Of a stretch of DNA of 64,000 nucleotides, positions 19,763 through 28,262 are shown one piece after another. The notes below the pieces were generated by a model that saw only the letters and a list, made by a program, of their open reading frames with translations, did no database searches and was not told where the DNA came from. Numbering within the stretch: the stretch's first letter is position 1; the number at the start of each line of letters is the position of its first letter. This stretch comes from an uncultured Acidobacteriota bacterium. GTDB taxonomy: Bacteria; Acidobacteriota; JAQAZP01. The position numbers and the translations under genes are program-made. The DNA lies in NCBI GenBank assembly GCA_963836075.1, contig CAWIIB010000009.1, positions 1,248,001 to 1,312,000 of the forward strand, in the 5' to 3' direction.

Positions 19763-19821
19763 CGACCGCGCTACACATTATTTCCGCGCGCTGCTTCCTC
19801 TTGTTCGCAGGCAGGGGCGCT

Positions 19822-20337
19822 CTATCGATGCGACCGCGATGACCGCACCAGGTAGAAGCTGATAACTGCAAATATCGAGATGAGTATCAGCGGTAAAAAT
19901 GCGACTCCCAGGCCGGCCCCGTTCCCGAGCGCCGTTTGAATCGTTCCCCAGAGGATCCATCCGAAGGTCCACACCAGGATCGCTTTCAGGCACACCACCA
20001 GTACCCGTGCTTGCAGATACTGAACGGGTGCATTCTCCGCTGTAATCGTCGAGAGATAGTTGAACTTCTGCGGATACCTCGACAGTATCGACAGGCCAAG
20101 GTAGAACACCACCGAGATCGCCGGAAGAATCAGCAACAAACCCTTGTCGCCCCAGGCATCGGGTTGCCCCGAAGCACCGAAGTGCTTCGGTATCTGATCG
20201 GGCAGCCGGTTCCAGTACCAGGCAGTCAGTGTGAGGGTGAGCACTACCCCGAAAAGCGCGAAGGACTCCATGGCCTTTTCGAAACCGGAGCGCGGAATCA
20301 CCAGAACCGGTCTCTTTTCAGTTTCCTTCATCGCCAT
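19822..20337 (-). CDS. DUF1648-type membrane protein
   Basis: LPDQIPKHFGASGQPDAWG motif and four hydrophobic segments. Confidence 0.75.
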   Translation of the reverse strand: MAMKETEKRPVLVIPRSGFEKAMESFALFGVVLTLTLTAWYWNRLPDQIPKHFGASGQPDAWGDKGLLLILPAISVVFYLGLSILSRYPQKFNYLSTITAENAPVQYLQARVLVVCLKAILVWTFGWILWGTIQTALGNGAGLGVAFLPLILISIFAVISFYLVRSSRSHR

Positions 20338-20470
20338 CACCCTTCCATTCCGACCGTAAAATACCGAACACCATGTCATCGACCCATTCACCCTTGAGCC
20401 ACAGGCTCTCGCGGAAGTGAGCTTCTTTCCGCATGCCAACACGCTTGAGGAGCGCGATGCAGGGCTCGTT
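20318..20470 (-). pseudogene. C-terminal remnant of a RimJ/RimL-type GNAT acetyltransferase
   Basis: RNEPCIALLKRVGMRKEAHFRESLWLKGEWVDDMVFGIL..EW, with no intact N-terminal half. Confidence 0.75.
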
Positions 20471-20504
20471 TCGCGCGAAGCGCCGCCTCGCAGTTTGCCT
20501 GACA

Positions 20505-20747
20505 TTACGTCTTGCGGGGAGTTTCATTCAGTTTTTCACGCCTTCTCCAAATCAGGAACAAGCTGAAACCTCCGATCAACGTTGCCAGCGACAGCAGCGC
20601 AAGGGAAGGAGTGAAGCAAAACACCGTTTTTTCGCCATAGAAGTAGCAGCCAGAATCGATAAACAGTTCAATCACACCAAGCATACCAAGCGCCACGGCC
20701 GTGAGCAGGAGAACGAGATTCAGAGCGGTAAACATTATAATTCTCAT
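20505..20747 (-). CDS. Small two-TM hypothetical protein
   Basis: 80 aa, ATG start, two hydrophobic helices, same orientation as the cassettes. Confidence 0.55.
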   Translation of the reverse strand: MRIIMFTALNLVLLLTAVALGMLGVIELFIDSGCYFYGEKTVFCFTPSLALLSLATLIGGFSLFLIWRRREKLNETPRKT

Positions 20748-20910
20748 AAGATATTCTCAAAAGAACTCAATACATTGGATTGCCGCTCTTTGTCTCCTTC
20801 GGCACTTCCTGGATGGCATTCTTCCTCTTTGCTTCCAGGTGGTTCGGGATATCTTCACTCCTGGTCAGGCCGTTCAAGATACCTCAACTCGTTGAGCAGG
20901 CAGGTCAATA

Positions 20911-21408
20911 TTACAGCCACATCCTGTCCAACCCGGCGGCGCGGCGCGCGTCAGCCAACTGACCGCGGTGCATATGCCAGTGATCGGCAACATACTGCAG
21001 GCAAAGGCGGTAGGTGCCGAAGGTGTCTTCGTAGCCTTCAGGTGTTTTCGCGCTAACCTTGTTGAGATCCTCTTCCGAGAGCGAATCAAGAAGAGCCAGC
21101 GTCCATGCGCGCATCTCACGACACTTGGCAACAACCTGGTCGAACGGGGGGAACTGGCTGATGTCACCGGTCGTGCCGGGTCCGTCGAAAAGTTCCTCCC
21201 ACCCGGCCAGCGGATTCGGTTCATCGAGCATGAACCTGCGGATAACAAGCGCCTCGATGTAGGCCAGGTGCCCAAGCACCCAAAGCGTGTGACCGCCCCC
21301 ATTCGGGGTCGGGAACACCACGCAATGCTCCCGCATCTCGTCGACGCGTGCGAGGACGCGGTTCATGCTCATCTCCAAATTGCTGCGTATCAGATCAATG
21401 GATTGCAT
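20911..21408 (-). CDS. DinB-family protein (cassette gene)
   Basis: WVLGHLA..E and HWHMHRGQL histidine pattern. Confidence 0.8.
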   Translation of the reverse strand: MQSIDLIRSNLEMSMNRVLARVDEMREHCVVFPTPNGGGHTLWVLGHLAYIEALVIRRFMLDEPNPLAGWEELFDGPGTTGDISQFPPFDQVVAKCREMRAWTLALLDSLSEEDLNKVSAKTPEGYEDTFGTYRLCLQYVADHWHMHRGQLADARRAAGLDRMWL

Positions 21409-21480
21409 ATGTCATTTACAACCATTAATTGTCGCTCTGCCTTTGAGTGTGTCGTTCCACTTCCAGGCCATGTTCGCACC

Positions 21481-21597
21481 GCCTGACGTCCTGCCCATCG
21501 CCTGATGGCAGGTGGCGCGGCCGTTGTCACCAGAAGAGCGACCATTTGTTAAGCAACAGACGTGACACCTGGCTGCCTGGGTATGGACTTGTTAGGT
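21481..21597 (-). repeat. attC site, family B, degenerate (R' reads GTCAGGC)
   Basis: Similar to 28112-28228 (CCCATC...CAGGTGGC.CGGCCGTTG...CGTGACACCTG). R'' ACCTAAC contains the GNAT stop codon. Confidence 0.8.
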
Positions 21598-22041
21598 GTT
21601 ATCTTCTAACGATTTATCAAAAACACGTTGCTCCTTGGCTTTGGAGAACCCAAGGTTTTCGAAGAACAGCCTTGCTTCATCACGCTCTATTCGACTGCGA
21701 ACACGAAGCTTGGTCAATCCATGGTCCTTCGACCATTTTTCCGCTGATGCAAGTAACTTACTTCCGATGCCCATTCGCCGATGCTTTCCGGAGACGACGA
21801 ATCCACCTAGCTCGGCAAATCGATTGGATTCAACCCGATAAACTAAATATGCGTGAATCCAGCCAACGACAATGCCAGTTGGCGAGCAAGCGACGAATAC
21901 AGAATGATCATCGGCTTGAAGAATGGCGCTCAGCCGGCGTTCGGAATCAGCCTCCGATGAGGGATAACCTAACTGACACGACAAATTAGCTATCGCATTT
22001 GCGTCATATATCACAGCCTCTCTAATGTTCATTTGACTCAC
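21592..22041 (-). CDS. GNAT-family acetyltransferase (cassette gene)
   Basis: QLGYP, acetyl-CoA motif HRRMGIGSKLL, ARLFFENLGF. Confidence 0.9.
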   Translation of the reverse strand: MSQMNIREAVIYDANAIANLSCQLGYPSSEADSERRLSAILQADDHSVFVACSPTGIVVGWIHAYLVYRVESNRFAELGGFVVSGKHRRMGIGSKLLASAEKWSKDHGLTKLRVRSRIERDEARLFFENLGFSKAKEQRVFDKSLEDNT

Positions 22042-22066
22042 ACGATATTAAATCTTGGTTGAATAC

Positions 22067-22128
22067 GCCTAACCATTGCCCGATAAGCTGCTGGCGCTGA
22101 ACGCGGCGGACAACTTCATCGGTTAGAC
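22067..22128 (-). repeat. Short attC site (62 bp)
   Basis: Minus strand reads GTCTAAC...GTTAGGC, between two cassette genes. Internal pairing is imperfect. Confidence 0.65.
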
Positions 22129-22148
22129 GGCGCCTCCCATTGCAAGCT

Positions 22149-22340
22149 CTAGGAACCTTTATCGAAAACCACGCGCCAACGCCCGTCTTCGTCTCTTCTC
22201 CAGATAGAATTGAAGCGTCCGACGACATCTCCGGACGCCCCGCGAACAGGACCGGAACTGAACGCCAGACGACCTGACTCCAGCACTTCGATCACGTCAG
22301 GATGCCATGAGAAAGGCGCTGTCTCACCCTCAAAGAAAGG
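22149..22340 (-). pseudogene. C-terminal remnant of an NTF2-like/DUF4440-type protein
   Basis: Manual translation gives PFFEGETAPFSWHPDVIEVLESGRLAFSSGPVRGASGDVVGRFNSIWRRDEDGRWRVVFDKGS*, with no start codon. Confidence 0.75.
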
Positions 22341-22653
22341 CGGCTACATTGACCGTGAAGAAGCGGCCGAGCGTAAGAATGGACAGCCACCGTACGACCA
22401 GGCCGATAACCATGAACCCTAGTGCAAGCAACTGCAGGATGACAGTAGGGACGTGAATGGTCGCGGCAGACACCCACTGAGAAGCAGCGGCCATGCAAAC
22501 GCTGGCACCGATTACCAGCCAGATGAGTCCCATGGATCCCCGGTCCCGCACAGCGGCAGCTCGTGAGTCAGCGCGTTTCAACACAGCAAGCGTGATCTCC
22601 GAGATCGGGAACAGAACTACTACAGCCAGGAGAATACTGCGCAAGATCGTCAC
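22330..22653 (-). pseudogene. N-terminal half of an isoprenylcysteine carboxyl methyltransferase-family protein
   Basis: DRGS...RWLSILTLGRFFTVNVA stops just before the expected GPY..RHP region. Confidence 0.75.
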
Positions 22654-22672
22654 TCCTTTTGGCTTAGCCTCG

Positions 22673-22715
22673 CATTAACCCATCACCTGCAGGTTGGTGG
22701 ATGGGATGGTCAGGG
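22673..22715 (-). repeat. Collapsed attC-like hairpin derived from family B (43 bp)
   Basis: Retains CCCATCACCTG...GGTGGATGGG. R' is GTTAATG and R'' is the non-canonical CCCTGAC. Confidence 0.55.
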
Positions 22716-23036
22716 GGCCTCACTCACGCCCCCCCCATAACCAGGGGAATGACCACGTAAGCCAGAATGTGGTGGTTCACCGTTCAACTCTACAACCTTA
22801 CGAATACTATCCAATATCGGTTCAAGCTCTTGCTTCACCTTGTCCTGCCCTTCTTCGAAAGTAACATTGTCAGCTTCAAAGATTGGAAGCTCTCTGCCAG
22901 TAGCTGAAGAATAGGCTTTTGCGCGAATATTGAATCTCCATGGTTCGGAAGTCACTGTCGAGACTATAAGTTCGACTTGAGTCATGATAAAGCTGACTGC
23001 CAGGTGCATGGGTTTGTCAGCCTTCCGCAAACTCAC
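22710..23036 (-). CDS. Hypothetical protein coupled to brnA
   Basis: 108 aa ORF overlapping the brnA stop and ending in the attC-like site. Confidence 0.5.
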   Translation of the reverse strand: MSLRKADKPMHLAVSFIMTQVELIVSTVTSEPWRFNIRAKAYSSATGRELPIFEADNVTFEEGQDKVKQELEPILDSIRKVVELNGEPPHSGLRGHSPGYGGGVSEAP

Positions 23037-23320
23037 CGCTGATGGTGGAACTCTTTCTCTATTCGCTCGGCCAGGAAGATTTTCAGTAGTGACTGGTAAG
23101 GGATGTCCCGCTTGTTTGCTAGCAATTTGAGGTTTTCGAGCATTGCTTCAGGAAGACGGAGGGAGATGGTCTTGGTCGATGGCTTAAGCTCAGAGAAGAC
23201 ATCGCGCTTGCCCCGCTGCCAGTCGATATAATCGGCAGAGTCCTGATCCGCCCAAAAATCTCTCTCGTGATCTTCGCTCTTGAATTTCGGGATTTTCTTC
23301 TTTTCCTTAATTCTCGGCAT
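23033..23320 (-). CDS. brnA: BrnA/CopG-like antitoxin
   Basis: IPKFKSEDHERDFW and TKTISLRLP...KLLANKRDIPYQSLLK. Confidence 0.85.
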   Translation of the reverse strand: MPRIKEKKKIPKFKSEDHERDFWADQDSADYIDWQRGKRDVFSELKPSTKTISLRLPEAMLENLKLLANKRDIPYQSLLKIFLAERIEKEFHHQR

Positions 23321-23538
23321 TGAAATATATCCTTCTTTCTCTTTTGCTCATGTCGCGTGCGGATATGACTCGGATCAGTTGGTCGCGGACAGTGAAGACG
23401 AGAAAGAGAAATCTCGTTCTATCAGTGTGTCCGAGGGCATAGAACCTAGTTTCGTTCTTCTGCGAGTGTTCTGGGTCATGTCCAACTAACAGAGGATGAT
23501 TGAAGAAAATTTGCTCCCACTCAGCTCTGGATACCTTG
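23307..23538 (-). pseudogene. brnT: BrnT toxin, 5'-truncated
   Basis: VSRAEWEQIFFN, HSQKNETRF..LG, LVFTVR..IRVISARDM..RER. It lacks the N-terminal FEWD...N..KH segment, and the in-frame upstream DNA is the non-coding element. Confidence 0.8.
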
Positions 23539-23735
23539 TTCTCACGGGCCCTCAAAGAACCGGAGAAGCCATCTTTAACCACCGCACTCTTCAGTTTCTG
23601 GAGAGCCTCTGAAAAGGCAAGCTCTTATCCGAGATCTTATCGAACCATCATCTGCGCTATGGCTCTTATCCAGGCACCTTCCCTGCACGGCCGATCAGGT
23701 ATCAAGAGCCGTTGGCTGATCAAACATCTTTGCGC
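23539..23735. repeat. Conserved cassette non-coding element, copy 1
   Basis: Aligns by eye with 30524-30633 and more loosely with 30134-30366. Confidence 0.7.
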
Positions 23736-23844
23736 CCCTCAAAATATCCGAAAGAGAACTTTGGAACCAGCCGCTCCACCCTTTATTGTTAAACGGGTTA
23801 ACTTCTTATGCAGCGAATTTGGCCTCGAAAAGCCTACGCCATCT

Positions 23845-24468
23845 CTATTGCTTTCCACCTTTTAAGAGAAGCCATGTAGCAAATGACATTTCTCCTAAAA
23901 TACTCGGAATAGCTACAAGTGCTAAAAAAATAGATTCATAGGTTTCATAATTTGGAAGCACGAAATGTGCTGCTGTATCAGCCATATACATAATTCCGGC
24001 AAGCGCGAGAAAGAACGCAATGATTTGTGGCTTACCAATTATATTGCCTAATATAATGAGATGAACTCCAAAAAAGAAAAGCCCTAGAAGCCAAATAGTA
24101 TTAAAAGTGTCTACGTGCTCGAGAATTTCCTCACTAGTAGTTGAAGAAAGCGCTCCAGGAAGCGAATAAATGGCAACACCCATAAGGGCTGCATGCATCA
24201 TTCTAAAGAGCGTGCTCAAGACAGACAGGATATTATCTTTGAATAATTCATAAAGAGCCCATGCAACAACAACGTCGAAAACGACAGTTACTATAAAGGC
24301 CACAATTCCTATTCTGACAGAAATATGATTTTGCTGGATAGTAGCTAGGGGAGAATTAATTAAAGAATCAAGAACAATAAAATTAGCGTATATAGCGGCA
24401 AAGAATATAATCCAATAGCTAACACCTGCTAGTATAGAAAGAGGTCTTGGCCTTATAGCCCCGTGCAT
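23845..24468 (-). CDS. DUF4386-type membrane protein (cassette gene)
   Basis: DVVVAWALY..FK, FFGVHL, GEMSFATWLL.KG. AT-rich. Confidence 0.75.
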   Translation of the reverse strand: MHGAIRPRPLSILAGVSYWIIFFAAIYANFIVLDSLINSPLATIQQNHISVRIGIVAFIVTVVFDVVVAWALYELFKDNILSVLSTLFRMMHAALMGVAIYSLPGALSSTTSEEILEHVDTFNTIWLLGLFFFGVHLIILGNIIGKPQIIAFFLALAGIMYMADTAAHFVLPNYETYESIFLALVAIPSILGEMSFATWLLLKGGKQ

Positions 24469-24498
24469 TCTTAAGTCTCCCGATAGATTGTATTGAAC

Positions 24499-24557
24499 AT
24501 ATAACGCTACGGCTCAGGCGCAGCTTGAAGGCTGCCGCCTGAAGCCGATTGTTGGTG
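24499..24557 (-). repeat. Short attC site (59 bp)
   Basis: Minus strand reads CACCAAC aatCGGCTTCAGGCGGCAGC...GCTGCGCCTGAGCCG tagc GTTATAT, a palindrome with unpaired extra bases. Confidence 0.85.
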
Positions 24558-25028
24558 ACGGATTTCCTCTATCCATGCCGGTCTTCTTCTTCTCGTCCAT
24601 CGTGCGAACGCCAGTTTCTCACCGACATAGAATCTCCGGTACGCCTGTACTGGATCCCCGGGCACTTTGTACTGTTCAGGCATGGCCTGTGGGAAGTCGG
24701 TGAATCCTGCCGACTCAAACGTCATCCCCTCAATCTGGTCCACCGCCGCGAGAGAACGGTGATCCTCAGATTTGCGGTACCGGTATCTGAATTCACGGTT
24801 CAGCGCTCTCGCCAGCTTCTTCAACCATTGCAGGTTTGTGAAGGATGCCCCAGCCCACAGAACGCACGGATGCTTGACGTGGGTGGACCTGTATGGCGTT
24901 GCGAACCCCCTCTCATTCAGTGCAGTACAGGCAATCTGAGCGCTCTCCAGAATCATCTTCACAACGTGTTGATCACAGTGATAACGTGCGCACTTTTCTA
25001 AGTTGAGATCAAGTACGAAGATGTTCAT
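24507..25028 (-). CDS. Pyrimidine-dimer DNA glycosylase-like (T4 endonuclease V-related) protein
   Basis: MNIFVLD...HCDQHVVKMILESAQ...THVKHPC..W...PQAMP...DPVQAYRRFY. Confidence 0.75.
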   Translation of the reverse strand: MNIFVLDLNLEKCARYHCDQHVVKMILESAQIACTALNERGFATPYRSTHVKHPCVLWAGASFTNLQWLKKLARALNREFRYRYRKSEDHRSLAAVDQIEGMTFESAGFTDFPQAMPEQYKVPGDPVQAYRRFYVGEKLAFARWTRRRRPAWIEEIRHQQSASGGSLQAAPEP

Positions 25029-25037
25029 TTTTTTTCG

Positions 25038-25154
25038 CGCCAACGTCACCCATCACTTGCGGACAGGTGGCACGGCCGTTGCCTCCAGCGTGAACGAACG
25101 GATGCTCAGCAAGGGCCGTGACACCTGGCGGACAGGTGTATGGGCTTGTAATGC
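25038..25154 (-). repeat. attC site, family B (R'' altered to GCATTAC)
   Basis: 117 bp, close match to 28112-28228 and 29184-29299. Confidence 0.9.
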
Positions 25155-25159
25155 GCATC

Positions 25160-25459
25160 TCAGTCCTCCGGCGACTCAGGAAGCTGAGCACTATGCCAGA
25201 CTCCCACAACCCATATGACGTCGTCCTTCTCTCGGTAAAAGAAACGATAAGGAGGAATGACCACCTCACGAAATGGCAGATCAGGAAACTCGAGTAAGTG
25301 TCTTCCGGAGTTTGGGAAATCCTCAAGTCTCCGGAGGATGCCTTCAGCTTTGTCACGAAAATTCTGGGCTGCGATTTGATTATCTAATTTGATGTAGGCG
25401 AGGGCAGCAAGAAACTGTAAGCGACCGGTGGGTGTGAAGCGGACTTTCAAATTGGTCAC
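25160..25459 (-). CDS. RelE/ParE-family toxin
   Basis: VRFT...YIKLDN..AA...LEDFPNSGR...PYRFFY...VWH, overlapping the antitoxin stop. Confidence 0.85.
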   Translation of the reverse strand: MTNLKVRFTPTGRLQFLAALAYIKLDNQIAAQNFRDKAEGILRRLEDFPNSGRHLLEFPDLPFREVVIPPYRFFYREKDDVIWVVGVWHSAQLPESPED

Positions 25460-25728
25460 TCCTTCAACACTGCATCTGCTTCAGCTAGAACTGAATCCAA
25501 ATCGTAGCCCTCACCGAGGGTGACCTCTTTCTCGCCCTTGGCCAGCAAGTGCAGAATCTGACGCTCAGAACTTTCGCGCTCATATTCCTCAATGCTGATC
25601 AGCACTGCGGCAGCTCTACCCCTTTGAGTAATGATCATAGGATCACGCGAATCACGGAGTTTCTTTAAGACAGCCGCGGCGTCTTGGCGGAGGTCTGTAA
25701 CTGGAACGATTTCTGGTATTTTATTCAT
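25456..25728 (-). CDS. Phd/YefM-family antitoxin
   Basis: VPVTDLRQ...PMIITQRGRAAAVLISIEEYE. Confidence 0.9.
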   Translation of the reverse strand: MNKIPEIVPVTDLRQDAAAVLKKLRDSRDPMIITQRGRAAAVLISIEEYERESSERQILHLLAKGEKEVTLGEGYDLDSVLAEADAVLKE

Positions 25729-25731
25729 TGG

Positions 25732-25751
25732 ACGTACCTCCTACGGTACGT
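25732..25751 (-). promoter_or_regulatory. Palindromic operator overlapping the SD of the phd-like gene
   Basis: ACGTACC-N6-GGTACGT, overlapping AGGAGG on the minus strand. Confidence 0.6.
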
Positions 25752-25810
25752 ATAACAATACATTCAAGAGGGTTTAAAAATCAAGTGAGAAATGCTCTCT
25801 CTTCTATTGA

Positions 25811-25956
25811 GCATAATGCCCCACATCAGCGGCAAGCTCCGGCGCGCTGGTTGCTTTTGCAATGCCTGGAAGTGCCGGCACATGCCATTAGATTGATCGC
25901 ACGGAATGCAACCAGCGTGACGGATTCGGCTTGACCGTTGAATGTGGTTGTTATGC
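25811..25956 (-). repeat. attC site, family A (R' altered to ATTATGC)
   Basis: 146 bp with CCACATCAGCGGCAAGC...GCGCTGGTTGC...GCAACCAGCGTGACGG..CGGCTTG.CCGTTGAATGTGG arms. Confidence 0.9.
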
Positions 25957-25985
25957 CAATTATCTGCTAGCCAAGCCAATTCTGT

Positions 25986-26288
25986 CTATGCTGCAGGAAA
26001 GTCGAGCTGCTTGATCTTTTTCCAGTCGGTTGATTCGTGTGTAGCCACCCAAAGATCAAAAGCCTGCTGCAAGTTCATCCAAAGCTCCGCAGAGGTACCA
26101 AAGGCTTTAGAAAGCCTAAGAGCCATATTGGGCGTTACAGAACCACGCTCATTGGTGATTTTGGATACAGTTTTTCGAGAAACACCTAGAATGCTCGCAA
26201 GTCCAGACACAGAGAGACCGAGCACATCAAGATACTGCCTCTTTAAAATGCCACCGGGATGGGCAGGCTTTCTCTTTCTGTTCTTCAT
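25986..26288 (-). CDS. higA: HigA-family antitoxin
   Basis: PAHPGGIL...MALRLSKAFGTSAELWMNLQ. Confidence 0.9.
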   Translation of the reverse strand: MKNRKRKPAHPGGILKRQYLDVLGLSVSGLASILGVSRKTVSKITNERGSVTPNMALRLSKAFGTSAELWMNLQQAFDLWVATHESTDWKKIKQLDFPAA

Positions 26289-26300
26289 ATCAGCACCTCA

Positions 26301-26579
26301 TCAGTGATAGTCAATGTAATCAACAACATATGCGTCCCCACTTTTGAACGTGAAAATGACGCGCCAATTGCCAGATACTTTCACGCTATAGTGATCTTTA
26401 AGTTTGCCCTTCAGCCTATGCAGCCCTGAGCCAGGAAATCGCATATCTTCTACAGTCACCGAGGCATCAAGTAAATCAAGAATATCGCTCAATTTCTGTG
26501 CATGAGCAGCCTGAATGCCCTTCATGGTGCCGTTAAGGAAAAACCTCTCAAGGCCTTTGTGCGCGAAGCTTCTTATCAT
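26301..26579 (-). CDS. higB: HigB-family toxin
   Basis: MIRSFAHKGL...LHRLKG...SVKVSGNWRVIF...DYIDYH. Confidence 0.9.
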   Translation of the reverse strand: MIRSFAHKGLERFFLNGTMKGIQAAHAQKLSDILDLLDASVTVEDMRFPGSGLHRLKGKLKDHYSVKVSGNWRVIFTFKSGDAYVVDYIDYH

Positions 26580-26585
26580 ATTCTG

Positions 26586-26614
26586 ACTGTAACCTCTGGG
26601 GTTACGTCTGTCAA
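26586..26614 (-). promoter_or_regulatory. Cassette-internal higBA promoter and operator
   Basis: TTGACA, 17 bp, TACAGT. Palindrome GTAACC-N5-GGTTAC at 26589-26605. Confidence 0.7.
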
Positions 26615-26624
26615 GATGTTTTTG

Positions 26625-26771
26625 GCATAACGCTCCACATCAGCGGCAAGCTGCCGGCGCGCTGGTTGCTTTAGCAAAGCCTGGAACCACCATGACGGGC
26701 CATCTGATTGACCGCTCGGTTTGCAACCAGCGTGACGAAAACGGCTTGGCCGTTGAATGTGGTTGTTGGGC
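26625..26771 (-). repeat. attC site, family A
   Basis: 147 bp, GCCCAAC...GTTATGC on the minus strand, family A arms. Confidence 0.95.
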
Positions 26772-26773
26772 TT

Positions 26774-27109
26774 TTAATATATGCAAGCGTCCATTAGAGC
26801 TAAAACTTCTGAGAGCAAATCATCACTGGCCTTACCAATTCGCTTTGCCCTTCGAGATCGATAATCAATTGACTTCATCTGTTCAACCATGACAAATCCA
26901 GTCACGTCGGGAGTGTCGAAAATGGCAACGTGGAAAGGGAAACGACGATCTGTGTTTGTGAGCGGGCAAACTACGGCTAGGCCAGTATGTTTGTTGAACA
27001 AGTTGTTGCTTACGACAAGCGCAGGTCGTCGCCCCATTTGTTCATGGCCGGACTGAGGATCAAAGGAAAGCGCCACAATATCACCTTTTCGTGGGATATA
27101 GTCTGGCAT
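26774..27109 (-). CDS. mazF: MazF/PemK-family toxin
   Basis: GDIV..SFDPQSGHEQMGRRPALVVS...VCPLT...EQMKSIDY. Confidence 0.95.
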   Translation of the reverse strand: MPDYIPRKGDIVALSFDPQSGHEQMGRRPALVVSNNLFNKHTGLAVVCPLTNTDRRFPFHVAIFDTPDVTGFVMVEQMKSIDYRSRRAKRIGKASDDLLSEVLALMDACIY

Positions 27110-27358
27110 CTACCACACCTCTTTTCCGGTCGGCTTCCCCCAGTCGATCTCTTCTGCCACGTAGTCCTTTGGAATTCTTTTAACGAGGTCCTTCAGGCAG
27201 TACTTTCCGTGCACGCGCCTTGATGGTGAAATCACGATCACCCCTTCTCGTACTTCCACATTGACTTCATCACCAATAGAAATCTGTGCGTCTTCGAGCA
27301 CATTTTTAGCGATACGGAGACCCTGGCTATTGCCCCATTTCTGAACTTTCGTAACCAT
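27110..27358 (-). CDS. mazE: MazE/AbrB-family antitoxin
   Basis: KVQKWGNSQGLRI...EIDWGKPTGKEVW, with an AGGAGGT RBS before ATG 27358. Confidence 0.95.
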   Translation of the reverse strand: MVTKVQKWGNSQGLRIAKNVLEDAQISIGDEVNVEVREGVIVISPSRRVHGKYCLKDLVKRIPKDYVAEEIDWGKPTGKEVW

Positions 27359-27383
27359 TCCCTCACCTCCTGTGGCTATACAT

Positions 27384-27412
27384 AGTATAGCCCTTACAGG
27401 GCTATCTGTCAA
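27384..27412 (-). promoter_or_regulatory. Cassette-internal mazEF promoter and operator
   Basis: TTGACA, 17 bp, TATACT. Palindrome ATAGCCC-N5-GGGCTAT at 27387-27405. Confidence 0.85.
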
Positions 27413-27423
27413 GTTTCGTTAAG

Positions 27424-27569
27424 GCCCAACGTCCCAAATCAGCGGCAAGCCCCGGCGCGCTGGTTGCTTTGGCAATGCTCGATGGCGCCCAAACGAGCCA
27501 TCTGATTGACAGCTCGGACTGCAACCAGCGTGACGGAATCGGCTTGCCCGTTGAATTTGGTTGTTGGGC
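27424..27569 (-). repeat. attC site, family A
   Basis: 146 bp, GCCCAAC...GTTGGGC. Confidence 0.95.
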
Positions 27570-27571
27570 GA

Positions 27572-28081
27572 TTATTCGGTTACCTTAAATCGCTGAATCT
27601 CTTCTTCAGAAAGGTCCTTGATATATTTGAAGGCACTTACTGGTTTACCCTCATCGCTCTCTAATTCCACAGGCCGCCAGACCTCCCCAGGTTTTAAACT
27701 ATCACGGTTAATGCTTATAGGCTGTCCAGTTACGAACCCAACAACCTCTACTTTGTCGCTTATATAAACGGCCATAGTATTGAGGCCTGTATTAGCATCA
27801 AACACGAAAATCACTGTCGTCCAACCATTTTCTCTCGCTGCTGGTAGTAAATATGGAGAAACATCGGAATCTCCTCGTAACGAGTCTAGTTCCTCTGGCT
27901 TGAGGACGATTGCGAAGCATCCAGCAAGTGATTCAATGCCATTAGCTTTGAGCACATCTGAAGCTATCAGTAACTGTTCATGTGTTTTAGCTTGTGAGGC
28001 TTCAGGGGGACTGGCTGCTTGCGCTGGTAGAATTAACATGAAGAAGAAAAGTGTGAGGGACAATAATCTAAATGTATTCAT
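27572..28081 (-). CDS. Hypothetical secreted protein (cassette gene)
   Basis: Signal peptide MNTFRLLSLTLFFFMLILPAQA; the ORF fills the cassette. Confidence 0.75.
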   Translation of the reverse strand: MNTFRLLSLTLFFFMLILPAQAASPPEASQAKTHEQLLIASDVLKANGIESLAGCFAIVLKPEELDSLRGDSDVSPYLLPAARENGWTTVIFVFDANTGLNTMAVYISDKVEVVGFVTGQPISINRDSLKPGEVWRPVELESDEGKPVSAFKYIKDLSEEEIQRFKVTE

Positions 28082-28111
28082 CAGATCACCCCATAAGTTG
28101 GTTACAATCTC

Positions 28112-28228
28112 GCCCAACGTCACCCATCACCTGCGGGCAGGTGGCACGGCCGTTGCCACCAGTGAGTACGGCCGGATGACCAGCAAGGGCCGTGACACCT
28201 GACTGACAGGTGAATGGGTTTGTTATCT
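28112..28228 (-). repeat. attC site, family B
   Basis: 117 bp, AGATAAC...GTTGGGC on the minus strand. Confidence 0.95.
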
Positions 28229-28262
28229 CGATTACTGTCAAATAGTGTAATATTAAATCTAG

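Noticed and set aside
20760-20910. Possible further attC between dinB and the 80-aa ORF
   Set aside because: Only a GCCTGAC-like heptamer is visible, with no convincing palindrome or partner core.
23500-23865. Plus-strand 121-aa ORF and the N-terminus of the 91-aa brnT ORF
   Set aside because: Both run over the conserved non-coding element, whose copies differ by small indels. There is no evidence of coding conservation.
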